The notes under the pieces are model-generated. The model was not told the origin of the DNA, did not search any database, and saw only the letters and a list, made by a program, of their open reading frames with translations. The position numbers were made by a program, and so were the translations under genes. From positions 1,054,001-1,118,000 of the forward strand of contig BROI01000004.1 in NCBI GenBank assembly GCA_027923505.1: a stretch of DNA of 64,000 nucleotides, written 5' to 3'. This stretch comes from Mayamaea pseudoterrestris (Eukaryota). Positions 57,170 to 64,000 of this stretch are shown one piece after another; position 1 is the first letter of the stretch; every line of letters starts with the position of its first letter.

Positions 57170-58264
57170 ATGAAGTCCACACCAATCATACACATACTTT
57201 TCCTCATAATAGAAGCATCTTCGGCCTTTGCTCCCTCAAGATGCACAAATCAGAAAGCTCCGAAAGCAGCAGCAGCAACGTTCGCCGCTCCAGCCAACAT
57301 GTTTCGTGTCGTCAATCAACAATCGCCGCCTTGCACTCGCCTTTGCGCCACGAGCACGGAACCCTCTACCGAAACTTCTGCTCTCGTCGGAGACGATTCC
57401 GCCTACTTTGACATTTCAGAACAAAAGGTTGGAGACTGGCTCAAGTTTACAGCCGCCACTTCGACAGTGCTTGCCGCCGTTGCCTACGTTTGGATTCTTC
57501 CGGCTGGTCCACACGGCGGCGACTCTTTTTTACAATGGATTCAATCAATCACTGGCACAACCGATCCAGCAGTGACGGTCGCTTCCATGCTGACGTTTTT
57601 TGCCGTGGCGCACTCGGGGTTGGCGGGGTTGCGAACCTACGCCGAACCCGTGGTTGGTGCTCGCGCTTGGCGCGTCGTTTTCGCATTGGTGAGTCTGCCG
57701 CTCGCGCTCAGCTGCCTTAGCTACTTTGTCAACCACGCGCACGAAGGACGGCAGCTGTGGGATTTGACGCATGTTCCTGGGTTGCATGCGGCATTTTGGG
57801 TTGCCAATTTTGTTAGTTTTCTTTTCTTGTATCCAAGTACCTTCAATCTTTTGGAGATTGCGGCGATCGAAACGCCGCAGCTGCATCTATGGGAGACTGG
57901 AGTGATTCGCATTACGCGTCACCCGCAGGCGATCGGACAGTTTCTGTGGTGTTTCGCGCACACCTTGTGGCTCGGAACGACCACGGCCGCGGCGGCCAGT
58001 GCCATTTTGATCGCACATCACGCGTTCAGCGTCTATCACGGAGATCGCCGACTGGAGACGCGCCATGGTGAGGCCTTTGAATACATTAAAAATACAACGA
58101 GTGTTGTTCCGTTTCAAGCGATACTGGAGGGACGGCAGCAGCTGCCGGAAGACTACTACAAGGAGTTTCTGCGTGGACCGTACGCGCTCGTGGCGGGTGG
58201 AACGGTGGCAGCCTACTTTGCGCATCCATTCATGCAGGCTGGAGCTGCGTTGCTGCATTGGTAG
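57170..58264 (+). CDS. Z-ISO: 15-cis-zeta-carotene isomerase (NnrU family), plastid-targeted
   Basis: Bipartite presequence with ASSA-FAP; FAVAHSGLA.LR, YPSTFNLLE, LWETGVIRITRHPQ, GDRRL...HGEAF, TSVVPF.AI..GRQ.LP.DY.KEF. Confidence 0.92.
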   Translation: MKSTPIIHILFLIIEASSAFAPSRCTNQKAPKAAAATFAAPANMFRVVNQQSPPCTRLCATSTEPSTETSALVGDDSAYFDISEQKVGDWLKFTAATSTVLAAVAYVWILPAGPHGGDSFLQWIQSITGTTDPAVTVASMLTFFAVAHSGLAGLRTYAEPVVGARAWRVVFALVSLPLALSCLSYFVNHAHEGRQLWDLTHVPGLHAAFWVANFVSFLFLYPSTFNLLEIAAIETPQLHLWETGVIRITRHPQAIGQFLWCFAHTLWLGTTTAAAASAILIAHHAFSVYHGDRRLETRHGEAFEYIKNTTSVVPFQAILEGRQQLPEDYYKEFLRGPYALVAGGTVAAYFAHPFMQAGAALLHW

Positions 58265-58342
58265 ATGGTGGAGAGTAGTTGCATAACTTGCTAGCAATGT
58301 ATTAAAACAATTGTATCCGTGTAATGACAAATGCGTGCGTGC

Positions 58343-59119
58343 TTATTGTAATTCATTGTCAATGGCTTGAGGCATTTTGATTTCAAGACCAAACTGCGCC
58401 CCATCAAAATGTTCCAAGCTTTCCAAGACAACGTTAGCGATAGCAGCAAAGACTTGTTTTTCTTGCGCCGTAAACCTTGCATCAGGAACGGCAACAACGG
58501 CGCAGCCAGCAGCCTTGCCGCTCTGCACGCCCGTCAACGCATCCTCCACGACGAGACACTCGCTAGGATGAACACCAAGCTGTCGAGCAGCTTCCAAGTA
58601 AATATCGGGAGCTGGCTTGCCGTTCTTGACTGCCGCGTGATCGCCTGTGACAATACATGCCATTTTGGAAAAGATTTGCTCATGATTCTTTCGCTTTTGT
58701 GCGACGGACGCCAATCGACTCGACGTGGCAATGGCTAGCGGAATTTGCAAGGCAAACAATTCATTCACCAGATTGATTGCTCCTGGACATGCCTGCACCT
58801 GTGAACAGAATGAGTTCAATTGAACTTCCCATGCGCTCCACAACTCTCGGACGGTTGGACAGTCATGCCGAGGCAGCTTCCAATGCGTCACGGCGTAGTT
58901 TATGACAATGGGACCCCAATCAGACCCTCGCAAGCCAAGGAGCTGCTGCTTGAGTTCCCATGGCAAGCGATAATTGTCTTGTGCAAACTGCTGCGCCCAT
59001 GTTTCGCCAAGATATTTTTTCAAGACGTAAACCATGGCCTTGTCGGAAAGGGCCTCCGTGTCCACCAATGTTCCATCTAGGTCAAACAGCACCGCTTTGA
59101 TAGTAGGTCGATGACTCAT
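58343..59119 (-). CDS. HAD-superfamily phosphatase (pseudouridine-5'-phosphatase/HDHD1-like)
   Basis: FDLDGTLVDTE, IATSS, GKPAPDIYLEAA, LVVEDA..GV..G.AAG. Confidence 0.88.
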   Translation of the reverse strand: MSHRPTIKAVLFDLDGTLVDTEALSDKAMVYVLKKYLGETWAQQFAQDNYRLPWELKQQLLGLRGSDWGPIVINYAVTHWKLPRHDCPTVRELWSAWEVQLNSFCSQVQACPGAINLVNELFALQIPLAIATSSRLASVAQKRKNHEQIFSKMACIVTGDHAAVKNGKPAPDIYLEAARQLGVHPSECLVVEDALTGVQSGKAAGCAVVAVPDARFTAQEKQVFAAIANVVLESLEHFDGAQFGLEIKMPQAIDNELQ

Positions 59120-59495
59120 CGGATTGTTCTGTTGTTGTTCCTTTGATCGAAAGTTTATACATATGTATATACTAGAAGCAGAGTTGAGAGGTGAGAGGCA
59201 AATGCCAATTGCCAAATCTTGGATGTTCTTCATTTTTTTCGGTCGGAGTTTCATTCGTGGTGCGACGCAAGCTACCCGTCGCCGATAATTGGAGCAAGAC
59301 TACCACTGGCGAGCCCATGCTAAGAGCCGCAAGGATACTAGAGGCTATGTCTGAAGAGATCACAGTGTCAGCCGAATATCATAGTACGAGAAAACGTCTG
59401 AGTACCGTAGGTGTTAGACTCTGAACCGTCCGCGTCACCCAAAATGATAGACCGAGACGCAGTTAATGTCAACCATTTTCATTGTTTTAGAAGAA

Positions 59496-61025
59496 TTAGT
59501 TAGTAAGGCCATGCTTCTGCATAGTCAAGTTCGGTAGTTCCAATTCAATGCGGCGACGAACGTTGCGCTCACTCTCACTGGACTCTTCCTGGTTCTGGCT
59601 CGCATCTTCAGCGTCTTCGCCATCTTCTTCATCATTGCCCCGATCGTTACCCAGCATCTCCTCGTCCTCGTGGTTGTCGCCACCTTCCTCGTCGCTGCCA
59701 TCTTCGTCGCCGCTTTCCTCGTCGGATGACTCGGGCAAGTCTTCTCGAATGCGCTTCTGTGACATTCGAATGAGCTGGCGAAGAAAGACTGGAGACTGCG
59801 ACTCGAGCGGACCGTCCTCGGTGCTGTCAAAGTCATCAAAATTCTCGGCGAGCACTTCAATGCAACGCTTCTGCAGGTTCGACACGGAAAGCGGATTCTC
59901 ATTGTCAGCAGTACCAGCAGCAAGCTTGCGCTCAATCCGCAACAACGCCCCGACGACGCCAAGACCAATGTACGGTAACATGGTGCTGGTTGTCAACGCT
60001 GCAAAAGTGGAGGCGCTGATATCGTTGCAGTCGCAATACTTGGCAAGAATTTCGCTCGCCTTTACGCCGCTAAAAATGTCTGAACGCGTCCGAAACAGCA
60101 AACACTTCAAAGTTGGCTCATCAAGGACAGTTACGAAAAGCGCAACTTCATTATCGTCCAAATCCATGAGGAGATATTCGGCGAAATGCGCCACCAATTC
60201 GTCCACCAGATTATGCACATCAACGGCTCGCGCAGCCTTGATGAGACCAACAGCCTTGCTTGCGTCCAAATCGACATAGATCGCTCGCCGCAACTCTCGA
60301 GCAAGCGCAGGTACCTCAAAGTAGTCCGCAAGCCAGTGCATGCCAACAAGTCGTTCACTTGTGTTGGGAGAAACTACGTCGGTGTCTCCCCCGTTGCCAA
60401 ACGACCAGTAGACAAAGTCCAAGAAGTTTGGAAACATGTCGGCCACGGCAGCGTCAAGATCAATGCGACTAGTCTTGTCATTTCCTTCCGCAAATGTCGG
60501 ATCGCCGGCATTGACAGTAAGGAGCTGCTGAAAGTAGTGCGACGCATTGGCGAGAACGTTGCGATGAACATGGTAATCGGTTAGCAACTTTTGCCCGGCT
60601 TCACTTTTATAAACAATCTCAATCTTGTAATCCGAAAAACTCTCAGCGGGATCACGGCGCCAGTCAGTGCACTTGATCGGTTCGAAACATAGAATCGGAG
60701 GACGCGTTGCTACGCTTGCATCCGCGCACCACCAGCCGCGACTCGGCGGCACGAGCCAGTTTGAGGCGGGATTGCTTGCGTAAAATTGTAAATCAGTTTC
60801 TTGCGCTTTCAAATGCCAGCGCGAGCATTTGCAGGGTGACAAGGTAAACGTCGTATCCTGGTTCTGGTAGAGTCCCTTCATTGCAAAGCCATCGTCACGG
60901 CGAGCGTAGACGCCATTGACGGCAGACTCGCCGGCGCCAAAGACGAGAATCGTTTTGAATAGGAAAAACGGCTTGAAAGTAGCAGTAGCCGCTGCATCTG
61001 CATTCTCACTCGAGTCGCAAGTCAT
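59496..61025 (-). CDS. BTB/POZ domain protein with short N-terminal domain and acidic tail
   Basis: FSDYKI...YHVHRNVLANASHYF...FPNFLDFVY...LADYFEVPAL; N-terminal GAG...VNGVY...PP..GW module. Confidence 0.85.
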   Translation of the reverse strand: MTCDSSENADAAATATFKPFFLFKTILVFGAGESAVNGVYARRDDGFAMKGLYQNQDTTFTLSPCKCSRWHLKAQETDLQFYASNPASNWLVPPSRGWWCADASVATRPPILCFEPIKCTDWRRDPAESFSDYKIEIVYKSEAGQKLLTDYHVHRNVLANASHYFQQLLTVNAGDPTFAEGNDKTSRIDLDAAVADMFPNFLDFVYWSFGNGGDTDVVSPNTSERLVGMHWLADYFEVPALARELRRAIYVDLDASKAVGLIKAARAVDVHNLVDELVAHFAEYLLMDLDDNEVALFVTVLDEPTLKCLLFRTRSDIFSGVKASEILAKYCDCNDISASTFAALTTSTMLPYIGLGVVGALLRIERKLAAGTADNENPLSVSNLQKRCIEVLAENFDDFDSTEDGPLESQSPVFLRQLIRMSQKRIREDLPESSDEESGDEDGSDEEGGDNHEDEEMLGNDRGNDEEDGEDAEDASQNQEESSESERNVRRRIELELPNLTMQKHGLTN

Positions 61026-61408
61026 GGTCAGATAGAAGTGATAATGGTTGAATGATATTAGAGTGCGGCAGCAAAGCGTGGGAAGATGCAAAAAAATGAT
61101 CGAGCGGGATGGCGGTGCGCTCCATTTTCATGGGCGTTCGAAACGCGCGGCGCTCACAGAGGAGCATGGGTAGCTAGATTTCCATTACTGCCATTCCAAT
61201 GAATCTTGACTCTACTGGCCCTATACAATGACAGCTAAAACGACAATACATCCAAACAAGATTTATATAAAAGTAGTACAAAAAAGCTGAATGCTGCAGC
61301 TCTATAAAGCATCTTGTCAGAAAATGTCGCACTTGATTCGCACCGCTACTCAGGGAGAACCATGAACGAGATCGACGACGACGAGCTCACAAATTCTTGC
61401 CGATCACC

Positions 61409-63705
61409 ATGGCGTCTCCTTCTGCTTCTCCTGCCTCGGAACTACTCCTCGACGAGGCAGACGTCACTAGTAACAAACGAAACCGCTCACAAGAAAATGA
61501 CGAGCCATTAGCTGAAAGTCTTACAGAATCAGAGATTGCAGCAGCAACACTCGCCAAGAAGCCTCGCAGCAGCAGCTCATCGTTCCGTCATCCGGACCTT
61601 CCAACGTCGGATCACTACCATGTCTCCTGGATGCACGCCTCCGTCGTGACTAGCGTCGCATCTTCCACCAAGCATGGTTACGTTGTCACGGGAAGTGCCG
61701 ATGGAGTCGTCAAATTTTGGAAGCGACTCAACGTTGAAACAAGCAAGCAACGTAACGATGATAATGCAGCGAATACGTCAACGGGCCTCGATCATGCTGC
61801 TTCGCACCCATGCTTGGAGTTTGTCAAGTCCTTCACGGCGCATACAGATGCAGTGTTGGCACTGGCGATGGATATGGAGGGAGACGCTTGCGTGAGCGTG
61901 GGAGCGGATGACTGGCTCAAGTTTTACGACGTTTCCACCTTTGACGTTTCCACCATGATTTACTTGGGCAATAGCAATAAAAGTCAGGGACAGCAAACGC
62001 GTCGACTCGGTAGCGCCTGCTGCTGGATACAAGATCCAGTGACTTTTGTGAAAGCAGTTGTTGTGTCGTCGGCCTCGACGGGCGACATTTTCGTTTGCGA
62101 CGCGCACCAGTTGCTGCAAACATTGACGCTGCATGGCACAAACCCAGTGACAACGCTTGTCAATGTTCCGGGACGTGACTGCGTTGTGTCAACCGATAGC
62201 AAGGGCATTATTGAAGTATGGTCGACGGCGAGTGTTGCAGCATCATCATCATTGTCGAGTAGTAGTGCCATGGCAAGGGACGAAGGTAGTGGAGGCGAAA
62301 ACGACGACGACGACGACAACGACACGGATCATGGCGCCACTGTACTTTCCATTGGTGGACCATGCACAGCAAGTCGCAATGGAGTTAGTTACACTTCCAA
62401 AATGGACACTGACTTGTACGAATTGGTGCGAAAAAAGACGTACTGCATTGCTTCGGCGGCGACTCGCACCCACGTGGCCTTGCTGTGCGCGGATTTGAAG
62501 ATTCGTTTGTTGGAACATTCGTCTGGCAAGTTGATTGTAACGTTTGATGAACGACCCAAAGTCTACGACCAATCGTATGCGCTGCATGGAATTGATGCCA
62601 TGGAGTATGGACGTCGTGCTGCTCTGGATCGAGAAATGATGGCAAGCATGCTGGAACAATCCAATACACCATTGTCAACATCGGCGCCGCCGTCGTCGTT
62701 TCAGCAAGTGACAATTCAGTTTGACCCCTCCGGCAAGCACTTGCTGATTCCAACAGTCATGGGAATCAAAGTGCTGGACTGGGTTCGTCGCAAGCTTGTG
62801 GGTTGGATTGGACGAGCCGATGCGAGCCAGTGTCGGTTCATTGCAATTTGTCTGGCTCCAGGCGATGCCAAGATGAATCAACAAATACTACTCGCCCGCA
62901 AGGCATCCACCAAGACGAGTGCCGGTATGGAAGCTGATGCAGCTGCGAATGAAGATCAGCACGTAAAATCGGATGCTCTAGTCGTTGCCTTGGCGCATGA
63001 CAAGCGTCGCTTCTATGTGTTTAGCCACGTCGATCCAGTGCTTGATCCAGACGCACCCGAAGATGTTTTGACGCGACGAGATATTTGGAACGAGGCGCCT
63101 ACGGTGGATGACCGGCGATATCACAGCGACGTCCACGCATCGGCGGACAATTCCAAGACGGCGACGAAAGCTATTCTGCGGACGACAATGGGGGATATTC
63201 ACATTCAGCTCTTTGCGCAGCAAGTTCCAAAGACTATTGAAAATTTTGTTGGGCACTCACGGTCTGGTTACTACGATGGTGTAATCTTTCATCGAGTCAT
63301 TAAAGGTTTTATGCTTCAGGTGAGTACTTGCTACATGCAGGCGACCGTCTGTGTGTCATATCAAATGTACTTCTCACCGTTACTTTGCATTACTAGACGG
63401 GCGATCCGCTTGGTGATGGTACTGGCGGCGAAAGCATCTGGGGTGGCGACTTTGAAGACGAGTTCGTTCCAGGTTTACGACATGATCGTCCATTCACCGT
63501 CTCCATGGCTAACTCTGGACCAAACACGAATGGTTCCCAATTTTTCATCACGACGACACCGACTCCATGGCTGGATAACAAGCATACTGTATTTGGGCGC
63601 GTGGTACAAGGAATGGATATTTGCATGCAGATTGAGAATATGAAGACGGACGATCTTGACAAGCCTTTAGACGAGATTCGAATACAGAACGTTGATCTAG
63701 TATAG
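61409..63705 (+). CDS. PPWD1: WD40 repeat + cyclophilin peptidyl-prolyl isomerase; 2 exons (intron 63320-63396)
   Basis: [39 protein letters not shown]...[49 protein letters not shown]...[10 protein letters not shown]. Confidence 0.95.
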
Positions 63706-64000
63706 AACTTTTCTAGAAAAATCTGTTAAATGACACATCCTTCGTTTACGAGAAGGATTGTAAAGCACTTACAAAATTGATGTGGTGTGGGCTTTCCTGA
63801 GAACAGTACTCTCGCCCGACACTTTAGGATGCATTAAGTCTCGCTCTTTGCATTAGCCACCAACGTCATGATGTGCGCTCCGTCCACGCAGATGTTTTAA
63901 AAAAAGCATGCCAGCAAACTAATGCAACCATCATATTGGCACGTTGCAAGTGCAGTTGCAATCGCATTGGACGTTGCTGCATTCAATGACAATATTGTTA

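Noticed and set aside
1..64000. Prokaryotic operon, defence-island or CRISPR interpretation
   Set aside because: Spliceosomal introns and eukaryote-specific genes occur throughout, and no regularly spaced repeat-spacer array was seen.
63760..64000. Possible 3' end of a minus-strand gene at the window edge
   Set aside because: Only short open stretches without recognisable motifs; it cannot be supported from this window.

Overview
Gene-dense eukaryotic nuclear DNA with short GT-AG introns, almost certainly from a diatom: there is an ASAFAP-type bipartite plastid presequence on Z-ISO, a Q72-type NEDD8, and P/S/T-rich secreted proteins with RxL motifs. About 32 protein-coding genes can be built, many multi-exon and split across several ORFs of the supplied track. 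They include two sulfotransferase-like proteins, a CNNM/DUF21 transporter, two paralogous tandem winged-helix proteins, an ApaG protein, NEDD8, an EHD/dynamin-like NTPase, a kinesin, the CAF-1 large subunit, a Zn/Cd-type P1B-ATPase, two tandem secreted multidomain tyrosinases, quinolinate synthase, four tandem SLC10A7-like transporters, PHYHD1, an ankyrin-like protein, a fasciclin protein, CENP-X, ERGIC3, Z-ISO, a HAD phosphatase, a BTB protein and PPWD1. Two spliced small genes (NEDD8 and a 92-aa orphan) and a gene running off the left edge are absent from the ORF track. The most unusual items are: (1) the secreted tyrosinase pair, with mucin-like stalks, RxL sites, extra Cys-containing modules and a shared conserved upstream block; (2) the winged-helix paralog pair, one with a histone-H1-like tail and one with SAM-like/SUMO motifs, each with its own repeated helix motif; (3) a 1.25-kb non-coding element bounded by a perfect 34-bp inverted repeat and packed with GCGAAC motifs; (4) a CAF-1 p150 with a duplicated C-terminal winged helix. 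No rRNA, tRNA or CRISPR array was seen. All family assignments are by eye from motifs; no database search was run.
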